DNA of 64,000 nucleotides, taken from the NCBI GenBank assembly GCA_051884875.1, contig JBJEWD010000020.1:101011-165010 (forward strand). Direction: 5' to 3'. Of the stretch, positions 53,128-61,968 are shown piece by piece. A program made the translations under genes and the position numbers. The notes under the pieces were generated by a model that had not been told where the DNA came from, did no database searches, and was given only the letters and a program-made list of their open reading frames with translations. Positions within the stretch are counted from its first letter, which is position 1, and every line of letters starts with the position of its first letter. The DNA is from Kiritimatiellia bacterium (GTDB lineage: Bacteria; Verrucomicrobiota; Kiritimatiellia; RFP12; UBA1067).

Positions 53128-53419
53128 AATAACTATAGCCCCCTCTATTAATCGCGCCCTCACCAGGAATATATTGTTTGAATTGATCCCCTGGTGTGAT
53201 TAAGTACAAGTCCATACCTAAAGAATTTGCATATCTCTTATCGTCGTCGGAAAAATTATCGTTGTCATAACGAGGGTCATTGCCTCCATGCGTGTGCCAT
53301 GACGCGACCCAGATACTATCACTTGGACATGGCGCATTACGTGGTTGACAGCTATCGAGGTTTCCAATGGTTTGCGTAGTGAAGTATTTCCACTTTCCAT
53401 TTTCACAGATTTTACACAC
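53117..53419 (-). CDS. JAB/JAMM-like (DUF4329-type) polymorphic-toxin C-terminal domain, orphan; the frame is open upstream to 53536 without an ATG
   Basis: SWHTHGGNDPRYDNDNFSDDD fits H-x-H-x(12)-S-x-x-D. YLITPGDQFKQY resembles the DUF4329 tail. There is only a GTG at 53419 and no RBS. AT-rich. Confidence 0.5.
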   Translation of the reverse strand: MCKICENGKWKYFTTQTIGNLDSCQPRNAPCPSDSIWVASWHTHGGNDPRYDNDNFSDDDKRYANSLGMDLYLITPGDQFKQYIPGEGAINRGGYSYYEM

Positions 53420-53580
53420 GCACCCACAAAATTCTCTATCAATACGCTTTGATCTGGGGTTTATATATTGCCCTCTCCTTCGGACAGCATATGTTGGATT
53501 GTTGTATTTATTATAATCATGAAGATGGATACATGCCTAGGTAATCTGCCCGCAAAAAGGGTCGATCGCGTACTCCGGCC

Positions 53581-54072
53581 TTACGGTTTCGGGGCGCGGA
53601 CCATGGCGATTTCGGGGCAAGTGAAGGGGTCGGCGTGTTTCGTACAGTTGATGCACCCCGTGTAGAGTTTGTGCATCACCTTCGTCTTCGGGATTTCATG
53701 AAACTCGAGCGCGGCGAAGAACTGCGGTGCGAAGGTCAACACCAGGACCTCCTTCGGATTGAACGGCGCCACCTTCCGCAGAACAGCCTCGACGATCATC
53801 CGGCCTATGCCCTTTCGGCGATAGGGCGCGCGGACGGCGACGGACTGGATCTCCACCGTCGCCGCCTCAGGCTGGCCAATCTCCGGGTGCACCTGATACG
53901 TCGCGCAGCCGACGATATCATGGCCGCACGTGGCAACGACGAAACGGTCGATGTTCTCGACGATGTTGCCCATCGACCGCGGCACCAGCTGATCGCGGTT
54001 CAAGTGGATGAGTGCAAAGATGCTCTCCGCATCGCGGAGCGTCGCCGCACGAAGCTGATAGTCCCCTGCCAT
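53581..54072 (-). CDS. GNAT-family N-acetyltransferase (ArgA C-terminal-like)
   Basis: IQSVAVRAPYRRKGIGRMIVEAVL is the acetyl-CoA binding motif A (Q/RxxGxG/A). Start at ATG 54072 (MAGDYQL). Confidence 0.8.
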   Translation of the reverse strand: MAGDYQLRAATLRDAESIFALIHLNRDQLVPRSMGNIVENIDRFVVATCGHDIVGCATYQVHPEIGQPEAATVEIQSVAVRAPYRRKGIGRMIVEAVLRKVAPFNPKEVLVLTFAPQFFAALEFHEIPKTKVMHKLYTGCINCTKHADPFTCPEIAMVRAPKP

Positions 54073-54131
54073 AGGCTCGCTATTATAGCACAAATGACGC
54101 CCCGCCAAATCGACGAGGCGCGTGTGACGCC

Positions 54132-55052
54132 CTATGCCTCCGCGTTGGGATCATCGACCGTCGACTGAATCGCGACGAGCAGTTCGTGTTTTTCGCCGGG
54201 ATTGAGTGCGCGCGGCGCCTTGGGCCATGCCGTCACGGGTTCGACGCAGACGAAATGGCGCCAGTCGTCCGGCTGGAAATCGGCGAGCACGTTCTCCGTT
54301 CCGGGATTCCACACGACGGCGGCGCCATTGCCCGATGACGCCATCGCAATCGCGCGCCTGAGCCCGCCGTCGAGGAGCGCGAACTCGTGTTTCGGCGCCG
54401 CTGGCAGCAAAAAGACGTGATCCGTCGCGGTCGTCATCGCGAGATCGCCCGTCTGGAGGTGCTCCGACATGTCCTCGGCATAGATGTACGGCACCTGATC
54501 CAATCCTCTCACCACCACTTCGTCGCGCGCGCGGACGGTGAAGTACGGGTGGAAGCCCCCCGTAAATTCAAACGGCGCGGCGCCCGTATTCGTCGTGGTC
54601 ATCTTCAGATTGAGCTTCATCGACACGGAGATACCGACCTCCAGATTGAAGTCATGCGGGAAAAGACGCTTCGTCTCGTCGTTCGACTTCAGCGCAAGCG
54701 TAATCTCCGTCTCCTCCTCGGTGTAGCGCGTACCGCGCACCTCGAACGGCATGATGCGCGCAAAGCCGTGCTGCGCCATCCCGGGAATCGCCAGCTTGCC
54801 GAACTGCGGCCAGCACACGGGGATGCCGCCATGGAACGATTCGCCGCGGTTATAGTCGCGCTTGGCAGGACGGAAGATTACGGGTGCGTGGCCGGTCGGA
54901 CGGTAAGAGAGCGTATTCGCGCCCATGAGCGCCACCTCCGCAATGCCGTACTTGTTCGACAGGACGACCTCGGGATAGCCGCAGTGTCCGACGTGAAACA
55001 CGATGCGCCCCGGCGCACCATACCGCTGATTAAGTTCTGCAATCGTCATCAT
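54132..55052 (-). CDS. D-hexose-6-phosphate mutarotase (aldose 1-epimerase family, YeaD-like)
   Basis: HGGIPVCWPQFG...QHGFAR...GGFHPYF match the YeaD family. Confidence 0.8.
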   Translation of the reverse strand: MMTIAELNQRYGAPGRIVFHVGHCGYPEVVLSNKYGIAEVALMGANTLSYRPTGHAPVIFRPAKRDYNRGESFHGGIPVCWPQFGKLAIPGMAQHGFARIMPFEVRGTRYTEEETEITLALKSNDETKRLFPHDFNLEVGISVSMKLNLKMTTTNTGAAPFEFTGGFHPYFTVRARDEVVVRGLDQVPYIYAEDMSEHLQTGDLAMTTATDHVFLLPAAPKHEFALLDGGLRRAIAMASSGNGAAVVWNPGTENVLADFQPDDWRHFVCVEPVTAWPKAPRALNPGEKHELLVAIQSTVDDPNAEA

Positions 55053-55093
55053 TCCCTTCCTTTCCGGATCCGTGGACCCAATTAACCGTCAAC

Positions 55094-55768
55094 CTACCAG
55101 AATCCCCACCGTCCCGTGTAGACGACGTAGAGACCGAGGAGAAGATTGGTGACCACATGGGCGATGATCGCCGCGCCGAGACCGCGCCGGATGGCGAGAA
55201 GGCCATAGAGCGCGCCGGCCATGACACCGGCGGCGAGGCGCGTGTGATGTTCGAGTGCAAAGAGCCCGACCGTCCAGAGGAATGCCGAACGATCGAATTT
55301 CGAGGGAACGACCTTCGTCCAATCGGAATTCTGCAGCCAGCGGTAGAGGAACGAGCGGAAGAACATCTCCTCCGCCGGAGCGATGACGAAGGCGCTGCCG
55401 ATGAGCTTCACTCCCGTGAGTGCCCATCCGCAGACGGCGGGCGCATAGGGCGAAGGCCCCGTCGCCGCCGCACCGCCTCCGAAGCCGATTGCCCCGAGAA
55501 GGCTGAAATCACGGTAGGCGGGAATAGACTCGGGGACGATCCAGAGGATGCAGACGAGCGTCCCGATGAGGAGACCGCAGAAGAGGGTGCCGGGCGCGGG
55601 AGAGGGAGTGCTGCGCATCAGGAACCGGGCACCCGGCACCAGGCATGCGGCGCACAGCACCGTCCGCAGTGCGTATGCCTCGGCTGTCGCGGGAAGGACG
55701 AAAAGAAGCGCCATCCAAAGCGCGTAAGGTGCGACGGCGGCAATGGTTTCGCGAGTCGGCAACGTCAT
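55094..55768 (-). CDS. CPBP-family intramembrane glutamic endopeptidase (CAAX protease-like)
   Basis: Motifs EEMFFRSF, FALEH and AHVVTN in a polytopic membrane protein. Confidence 0.8.
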   Translation of the reverse strand: MTLPTRETIAAVAPYALWMALLFVLPATAEAYALRTVLCAACLVPGARFLMRSTPSPAPGTLFCGLLIGTLVCILWIVPESIPAYRDFSLLGAIGFGGGAAATGPSPYAPAVCGWALTGVKLIGSAFVIAPAEEMFFRSFLYRWLQNSDWTKVVPSKFDRSAFLWTVGLFALEHHTRLAAGVMAGALYGLLAIRRGLGAAIIAHVVTNLLLGLYVVYTGRWGFW

Positions 55769-55772
55769 GGCC

Positions 55773-57005
55773 TTAGAAACTCCGCAGAATGACGCCCTTC
55801 AGGTAAAGCCCCTCGGGGAACGAGAGGGCCACGGGATGATCGGCGCCCTGCCGCGTCCGCGCGATCATCTGAAAATCGCGGTGCGCGTCCTGCGCGGCCT
55901 CGGCGAGGATCCTGTCGAAAAGCTCCGGCTCCATCGCGCCCGAGCAGGAGAACGTCGCGAGGATGCCGCCCGGATTCAGGAGCTTCATCGCGAGGAGATT
56001 GATGTCCTTGTAGCCCCGTGCGGCCTTCATCACCTGCGCCTTCGATTCCGCGAACTTCGGCGGATCGAGGACGATGAGGTCGAAGGTCCGCCGCGCATCA
56101 CGGCACTGGCGGAGGAATTTGAAGACATCGGCCTCCACATGGTCGATTCGCGCGGACGCCCCTGTGGACAAGATCCGTTCGGCATTGCGGCGGGCAAGTT
56201 CAAGCGCCTCGTGCGAGACATCGACCTGGGTGACGTGCGTCGCCCCGCCCGCCGCTGCGGCAAGACCGAATCCGCCCGTGTAGGAAAAGCAGTTGAGCAC
56301 CGTGCGGCCCCGGGCGTATGCACCGACGGCGGTACGGGCGTCGCGCTGGTCGAGATAGAAGCCGGTCTTGTGTCCCTTGCGCGGATCGACGAAATACCGA
56401 ATCGGCCCCTCGGTGATTTCAATCAGCGCAGGGGGCGCTTCGCCCGCGAGAAGTTCAGGCTCTTCGCCGTACGCAAGACCTTCCTTGCGGCGCACGTCGA
56501 CATCGTTGCGGGCGGAGACGGAGCAGACGCGCGGCAACTGGCCGGAGACCTCGCCCGCCCCCAGCGCCGCGACGACCGTGGGTTTCCAGTATTCCGCTCC
56601 GGCGGAGGTGAACTGACAGACGACATGCCCGTTGTAATAGTCCGCAACGACACCGGGGAGGCCGTCCGACTCGGCGTTGATGAGACGGCAGGCGGTAGTC
56701 GTCGCATCGGAAGCGAAGAAATCCGCGCGGCGGGCGACAGCCCGCGCGACGAGATCGGCGATGTAGGCCGCATCGGGAACCGGCGCCCCCGCCGACCCGG
56801 CGGTCACGCTGAAGCTCAGCATCCGCACCCGGATTTGACTCGCAGGCGAGAAGCTGCCGTAACCAAGCGTCTCGCCGTCGGACGAGACGACCTCGACCGT
56901 CTCGCCCGGCCCCGCCGAACCCGACGCGACCGCCCCCGAAAAGACCCAGGGGTGGCGCTGGCGGACGCTGCGGTCGCGTCCCTTCTTGAGAACGATCCGG
57001 TTCAC
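55773..57005 (-). CDS. rlmI: 23S rRNA m5C1962 methyltransferase RlmI-like (PUA plus class I SAM MTase)
   Basis: RHPWVFSGAV (PUA/EEHEE N-terminus), VLNCFSYTGGFG (SAM site), LDPPKFA. Confidence 0.8.
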   Translation of the reverse strand: MNRIVLKKGRDRSVRQRHPWVFSGAVASGSAGPGETVEVVSSDGETLGYGSFSPASQIRVRMLSFSVTAGSAGAPVPDAAYIADLVARAVARRADFFASDATTTACRLINAESDGLPGVVADYYNGHVVCQFTSAGAEYWKPTVVAALGAGEVSGQLPRVCSVSARNDVDVRRKEGLAYGEEPELLAGEAPPALIEITEGPIRYFVDPRKGHKTGFYLDQRDARTAVGAYARGRTVLNCFSYTGGFGLAAAAGGATHVTQVDVSHEALELARRNAERILSTGASARIDHVEADVFKFLRQCRDARRTFDLIVLDPPKFAESKAQVMKAARGYKDINLLAMKLLNPGGILATFSCSGAMEPELFDRILAEAAQDAHRDFQMIARTRQGADHPVALSFPEGLYLKGVILRSF

Positions 57006-58769
57006 CTAGCGCACGCGCCGAATGGCCTCGAACTTACAGACTTGCGCGCACTGCCGGCAGCCCGCGCAGAGATTGGCGTCTATCACCATCTGGTATGCGC
57101 CCGGACGGATCGCCTGGCCGCGGGTTATCGCGGGGCAGCCCAGCTTGAAGCAGGCTCCGCAGGCCTTGCACGCGTCGGCATCGACCGCGCAGAGCCCTTC
57201 CTTCGTCAGCTTCGCGGCAATGCGGCACGGCGCATAGGCAATGACCAGCGCGCCTTCATCGCCGTCCATCGCATCCTTGAGCGTCTGCTCCAGAAGCGGC
57301 AGATCGTCGGCATCCACCGTGACAACCTTCCTGTAGCCCATGGCCTTCGCGACCGCATCGATCTCGGTCACGCTCGCCGGCTCGCCGGCGAGCGTCCAGC
57401 CCGAACCGGGATTGTCCTGATGGCCGGTCATGCCGGTGATGCGGTTGTCGAGGACGACCGTGGTGACGGGCGTACCGTTGTAGAGGCAGGAGAGAATGCC
57501 GGTCATGCCGGAATGGAAAAACGTGGAATCGCCGAGGACCGCGCAGAGGCGACCCTTGAAGCCCGCCTTCCGCATTCCGGCGGCGTTGCCGATCGACGCA
57601 CCCATGCAGATCGTCGAGTCCATCGCGTTGAGGGGCGGGAACGCGCCCAGCGTATAGCAGCCGATGTCACCCGTCACGGTCGCCCCAAGCTTGTTGAGGA
57701 CGTAGAATACGCTGCGGTGCCCGCAGCCCGCGCAGAGGACCGGCGGTCGCGTCGGCAGCGTTGCATCCACGACGGATTCCCGCGCCGCCGGGACGTCGCC
57801 CAGCAGTTCATGGCGGAGATTCTGCACGCGATCGGCGTTGAGCTCAAGCATATTGAGCTCGGTCGTGTGTTCGACGACGGGGATGCCCATCGCGCGCACC
57901 TGCTCTTCAAGGAACGGATCGAGCTCCTCGATGACGAGCACCTTGTCGACGGTCTTCGCGAAGTCCCGGACGAGCGTCTTCGGGAGCGGATTCGTCCAAC
58001 CGAGCTTGAGGATCGAATACTCGGGGAAAATCTCCTTCACGTACTGGTAGGCAACGGCGGAGGTAATGATGCCGAATTCCTTCCGCCCGGCCTCGATGCG
58101 GTTGAACGGACTCTTCGCCGCCGTTTCCGCGAGCGCGGCGGTGCGGGTCTGGGCCTGCAGACGGTGGCCGCGCGCAAACATCGGAACGGGAATCGTCTTC
58201 CGGATGTTCTTCACGTAGGGGATGAGCGGGTGCGGCTTCGGATTGAAATCGCCGAGATCGACGAGCGACGAGGAATGGCTCGTGCGGGTCGTAAGGCGGA
58301 TCATGACGGGAACCTGGAACTTCTCCGAGATCTCGAACGCCGCCTGGACCATGTCGTACGCCTCCTGGCTGTCCGACGGCTCCAACAGGGCCACGCGCGC
58401 GAACTTCGCGAGATTGCGGTTGTCCTGCTCGTTCTGCGAAGAATGCATGCCGGGGTCGTCCGCCGAGACGACGACCATGCCGCCCGTGGCGCCGACGTAG
58501 GTGAAGGTCATGAGCGGATCCATCGCTACGTTAAGGCCGACGTGCTTCATTGCCGTGAGCGACCGTGCACCCGCGATGGACGCGCCGATTGCCGTCTCCA
58601 TCGCGACTTTCTCGTTGACCGCCCATTCGCATCTGATCGTATCCTTGAACTTCGCGACGGTCTCAAGGATTTCGGACGAGGGTGTGCCCGGATAAGCCGA
58701 CGCCACCACGCAACCCGCCTGGGCCGCCGCATAGGCAACCGCTTCATTCGCGCTCAGAAACTTCTTCAT
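57006..58769 (-). CDS. iorA: Indolepyruvate:ferredoxin oxidoreductase alpha subunit
   Basis: GNEAVA-type start (SANEAVAYAA), YPGTPSSEI, SQNEQDNR, the TPP-binding region GDSTFFHSG, and a C-terminal 2x[4Fe-4S] (CKACGAC...C; CAGCRQCAQVC). Confidence 0.85.
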   Translation of the reverse strand: MKKFLSANEAVAYAAAQAGCVVASAYPGTPSSEILETVAKFKDTIRCEWAVNEKVAMETAIGASIAGARSLTAMKHVGLNVAMDPLMTFTYVGATGGMVVVSADDPGMHSSQNEQDNRNLAKFARVALLEPSDSQEAYDMVQAAFEISEKFQVPVMIRLTTRTSHSSSLVDLGDFNPKPHPLIPYVKNIRKTIPVPMFARGHRLQAQTRTAALAETAAKSPFNRIEAGRKEFGIITSAVAYQYVKEIFPEYSILKLGWTNPLPKTLVRDFAKTVDKVLVIEELDPFLEEQVRAMGIPVVEHTTELNMLELNADRVQNLRHELLGDVPAARESVVDATLPTRPPVLCAGCGHRSVFYVLNKLGATVTGDIGCYTLGAFPPLNAMDSTICMGASIGNAAGMRKAGFKGRLCAVLGDSTFFHSGMTGILSCLYNGTPVTTVVLDNRITGMTGHQDNPGSGWTLAGEPASVTEIDAVAKAMGYRKVVTVDADDLPLLEQTLKDAMDGDEGALVIAYAPCRIAAKLTKEGLCAVDADACKACGACFKLGCPAITRGQAIRPGAYQMVIDANLCAGCRQCAQVCKFEAIRRVR

Positions 58770-58811
58770 CTCCTCTTCATCACTCCTGTAGTTGAAACTT
58801 CGGGTATTATA

Positions 58812-59450
58812 TCAAATCTCGTCGGGATGCTTGGCGATGCGCGTGGCGTGCGCGCGTTCGGCGGGCGTTCCGTAGCCCCAGGTGACGGCGACGGATTCGA
58901 TGCCGTTCTTCGCCGCAGCCTCGAAATCGTTGATCGTATCGCCCACGAGAACGCAGTTCTCCGCCGCGACGCCGAGATCGCGCAGAGCGTAGGCGAGGAG
59001 CTCGGGCTTGCGCATCCGGCCGATCAGCGGGTCGTCCTTGAACATATCGCCCGTGTAGATCCGCTCGAAGACCGCCATCCAGCCGAACTTGGCGGCCATT
59101 ACCGTCGCGCCCGCATAGCGCTTGTTGGTGGCGATGAAGACACGCGCACCGGCGGCCTTGAGCTCCCGCACGCGGTCGAGGACCCCGGGGTATTCGCGCG
59201 TCGTGGGGAAGCCGTCGCAATCGTAGTGCGCACCGAAACGCGCGCGCAGCTCGGCGCAGAAGGCGTCCGTCGCCCGATCCGGCAGCAGTTTGCGCGCCAT
59301 CTCCTCGATCGTCGGACCGGCGATGAAATCACGGTCGAAATTGGGGCACGCGACCCCGAGATCCTTCAGCGCCGCCTTCCAGGCGAGACGGATGTCGCCA
59401 TCGGTATCGGCCAGCGTGCCGTCCAGATCAAAGAACAGGATTTTCTTCAT
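58812..59450 (-). CDS. HAD-superfamily hydrolase (phosphoglycolate phosphatase-like, subfamily IA)
   Basis: FFDLDGTLADT (motif I), IATNK (motif II), and VGDTINDFEAA (motif III/IV). Confidence 0.8.
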   Translation of the reverse strand: MKKILFFDLDGTLADTDGDIRLAWKAALKDLGVACPNFDRDFIAGPTIEEMARKLLPDRATDAFCAELRARFGAHYDCDGFPTTREYPGVLDRVRELKAAGARVFIATNKRYAGATVMAAKFGWMAVFERIYTGDMFKDDPLIGRMRKPELLAYALRDLGVAAENCVLVGDTINDFEAAAKNGIESVAVTWGYGTPAERAHATRIAKHPDEI

Positions 59451-60160
59451 TTTGCGTAGGGTTCCTCGCAGGTGCGGATGGCCTCCAGCACGTGGGCGAC
59501 CGTTTCGGCGGCGTCCAGCTGCGCCAGAAGATCCGTCCCGCTCGTCATCATCGCGAGCCGTGCGAGGATATGCAGGTGTTCATCGTCATTCGTCGAACAG
59601 ATGAGGAAGAAATGCCGCGTGGCGGCGCCTTCGGGCGCGCCGAAGAAGATGGGCCGGGCGACGCGGCCATAGGCGATGAAACTCTGTTCGAAGAAGTAGG
59701 GATCGTGGTAGCGCGGGTGGAGAAACGCCGCACCGGCGCCGACGGCGGTCGAGGCGGCCTCTTCGCGCGCCACGAGCTCCTTGAAAAGGGTCTCGGGGTC
59801 GTAGACAAAGCCCGAACGCTCCGCCAGCGTCGTCATGTCGCGGATGAGACCGCCCTTCGCCTTCGCGGGAATCGCGAGATCGATGGCGGCGACCGCCAGG
59901 AGATCCGCCACCCAGCCGCCCTTCTCCCGCGCCCGCCGACGCTCGTCGACCATCAGCCGATGCTGCTCCCGCAGCGACTTCGGGTTGGAGGCGAGCAGAT
60001 GCCGCTGGGCCCATTCGTCGAGCGCCGCGTGTTCGAAATACCACTCGCCACTGCGAATCTGCGCGTCGATTTCGCCACGCTGGGCGACGTGCTTGAGTTC
60101 GTTCGCCGCGACATGGACGTGGGCGGCGGCGGCATGGAGCGGCAGAAATTCGTGGCTCAT
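59447..60160 (-). CDS. PTS EIIA(Ntr/Fru)-like domain protein with an N-terminal HTH-like segment
   Basis: The C-terminal part GAGAAFLHPRY....HFFLICSTNDDEHLHILARLA is EIIA type-2-like (His in FLHP). The N-terminal LKHVAQRGEIDAQIRSGEWYF is excisionase/MerR-like. The start is ATGA-coupled. Confidence 0.6.
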   Translation of the reverse strand: MSHEFLPLHAAAAHVHVAANELKHVAQRGEIDAQIRSGEWYFEHAALDEWAQRHLLASNPKSLREQHRLMVDERRRAREKGGWVADLLAVAAIDLAIPAKAKGGLIRDMTTLAERSGFVYDPETLFKELVAREEAASTAVGAGAAFLHPRYHDPYFFEQSFIAYGRVARPIFFGAPEGAATRHFFLICSTNDDEHLHILARLAMMTSGTDLLAQLDAAETVAHVLEAIRTCEEPYAK

Positions 60161-61191
60161 CGCGCATCTCCCCGGACGGGACGCCGGCAGACGCGGACGA
60201 GTTCGGTCAGCACGAGGACGTCGGCGCTCCCCGAGGACGAAACGACCTTCTCGCGCAGGGTCAGGAACCGGGCGCGCGCAACACGCAGCTCGCCCAGCGA
60301 CCAGTTGCGGAGAAAACCGAGATTCTTCTTCACGGCAAATGGACTCTGGCCCTGGGCCACCGCGTCGAGACGATCTTTCGCCTGGGCGTCCTTCAGCTCC
60401 GTCAGCTGACGGAAGAAGCGCTCGACGACGGTCGTCACCATGACGGCAAAGCCGTTCTCCTGCTCGAAACGGCGCACGGCCTGAAGCGTGCCGTCGAGAT
60501 CGCGCGCCCCCAAGGCATCGGTAATCGCCCACACTTCGGGCTCGACGCCGACGCCCGGGGAGGAGATTTCCTGCACGGTCTCCGCCGTAATCGTGTGGCA
60601 CCCGGGGCCAAGGAAATCGCGTATCTTGCCGAGTTCGCTCATCAGCGAACGCGAGTCGGTGCCGACGCGCGCCACGAAAAGATCAGCAACGCCCCGGTCA
60701 AACGCGAGGTTCATCCCGGCGGCAAGATCCATGACGCGGACGACGGCCGTGCGCGCCTGTTCCCAGGGCTTCCCGCCGGCGAAGACGGAGATCTCCGCCG
60801 CCTCCTTCAGCGTCTTCGCAAAGACGGAGCTCTGGAGGAGCTTCGGCCCCGAAAGGATGAAGCGCTGGGTGTCGGGAAGCGGTGAACTCGCGGCGACCTT
60901 CTTCGCGAACTTCTCCAGCGCCTCCTTGACCGCGTCGGAAGGGCCGCCCTTGCCGCCGCACGGCAGGAACTTCACGTTCTTCCACCACGTCACCTTGACG
61001 GGATCGAGAAACGGCGGGGTAGAGAAGCTGGCGTCGGCCGCAACGACATCCCTGAGCTGAAGCTCCGCATTCGTAGACGTGTTGGAGTCGATGACCTCCA
61101 GCGCCGGACCGGCGTCGCCGATCAGCTTCTTCGCGGTTTCCGAGACGAGGTAATCGTCTTCACCGATGATCACATGGAAGTTGCGCGCCAC
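60157..61191 (-). CDS. holA: DNA polymerase III delta subunit
   Basis: HVIIGEDDYLVSE...., ...PPFLDPVKVTWWKN.... and a C-terminal helical domain give HolA-like architecture. Confidence 0.75.
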   Translation of the reverse strand: MARNFHVIIGEDDYLVSETAKKLIGDAGPALEVIDSNTSTNAELQLRDVVAADASFSTPPFLDPVKVTWWKNVKFLPCGGKGGPSDAVKEALEKFAKKVAASSPLPDTQRFILSGPKLLQSSVFAKTLKEAAEISVFAGGKPWEQARTAVVRVMDLAAGMNLAFDRGVADLFVARVGTDSRSLMSELGKIRDFLGPGCHTITAETVQEISSPGVGVEPEVWAITDALGARDLDGTLQAVRRFEQENGFAVMVTTVVERFFRQLTELKDAQAKDRLDAVAQGQSPFAVKKNLGFLRNWSLGELRVARARFLTLREKVVSSSGSADVLVLTELVRVCRRPVRGDAR

Positions 61192-61912
61192 GATGCCTCA
61201 GGTTGATGCCAAGAAAGACGAGGCCGATCGCCAGCGCCGCCAGCGAGACGACCTGAGCGCTGGAGAGACCGCCCAGGTCGGGACGGTCGTCGGCGCGCAG
61301 GAACTCGATGCCAAAGCGCAGCATCCCATAGGCGATGAGGTAGAGCGCCGTCGTGTAGCGCCGGAACCGACGGTAGATGAAAAAGAGCGCGGCAAACAGC
61401 GTGAAGAGCGCAGCAGACTCGAGAAGCTGGGTTGGTATCACGGGGTCGGATCCACAGAACGAGGTCGCGGGAAAGCGCACGGCGTACCAGGCGTCCGAAC
61501 GCCGTCCCCAGCAGCAGCCGTTGAAAAAACAGCCGAGACGCCCGAAGGCGTGACCGAGCGGCAGGGCCACGGCCAGAATGTCGGCCGTGGCGAAAAAATC
61601 CACGCGCCGCACGCGCCACCACACGAGAAACGCCGCGGAAGCGGCGATGAGTCCGCCGTAGAAGACGAGCCCGCCCTCCCAGAACCGGAACGCCCGCAGG
61701 AGATGCGCATCAAACCCGTCCTGATGCCAGTATTCGATCACATGGGCAAGACGCGCACCGGCGACGCCGGCAATGACGAGGAGCAGGATGAGCCCGCTCA
61801 GGTCGCGCGGACGCGCCAGCCGATCGACGACCATCCACCCCAGCATGACGCCGATGCCGACGCACAAGCCGAACGATTGGAGGGGCAGACCGGGGATGAG
61901 TTGTGGATGCAT
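61160..61912 (-). CDS. lgt: Prolipoprotein diacylglyceryl transferase
   Basis: FWEGGLVFYGGLI and GHAFGRLGCFFNGCCWG are Lgt signatures. Start at ATG 61912. The 3' end overlaps holA by 32 nt. Confidence 0.85.
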   Translation of the reverse strand: MHPQLIPGLPLQSFGLCVGIGVMLGWMVVDRLARPRDLSGLILLLVIAGVAGARLAHVIEYWHQDGFDAHLLRAFRFWEGGLVFYGGLIAASAAFLVWWRVRRVDFFATADILAVALPLGHAFGRLGCFFNGCCWGRRSDAWYAVRFPATSFCGSDPVIPTQLLESAALFTLFAALFFIYRRFRRYTTALYLIAYGMLRFGIEFLRADDRPDLGGLSSAQVVSLAALAIGLVFLGINLRHRGAQLPCDHR

Positions 61913-61968
61913 GGCGAGTATTATACCATTTTCAGGAGGATCATTTGGCAGAGCACGGGACGGACGGT

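Noticed and set aside
52737-53535. Short similar strings flanking the AT-rich island (atggatggacat at about 52737 and agatggatacat at about 53524), considered as insertion direct repeats.
   Set aside because: Only about 9 of 12 nt are similar, with an indel. This is too weak to call target-site duplications without statistics.
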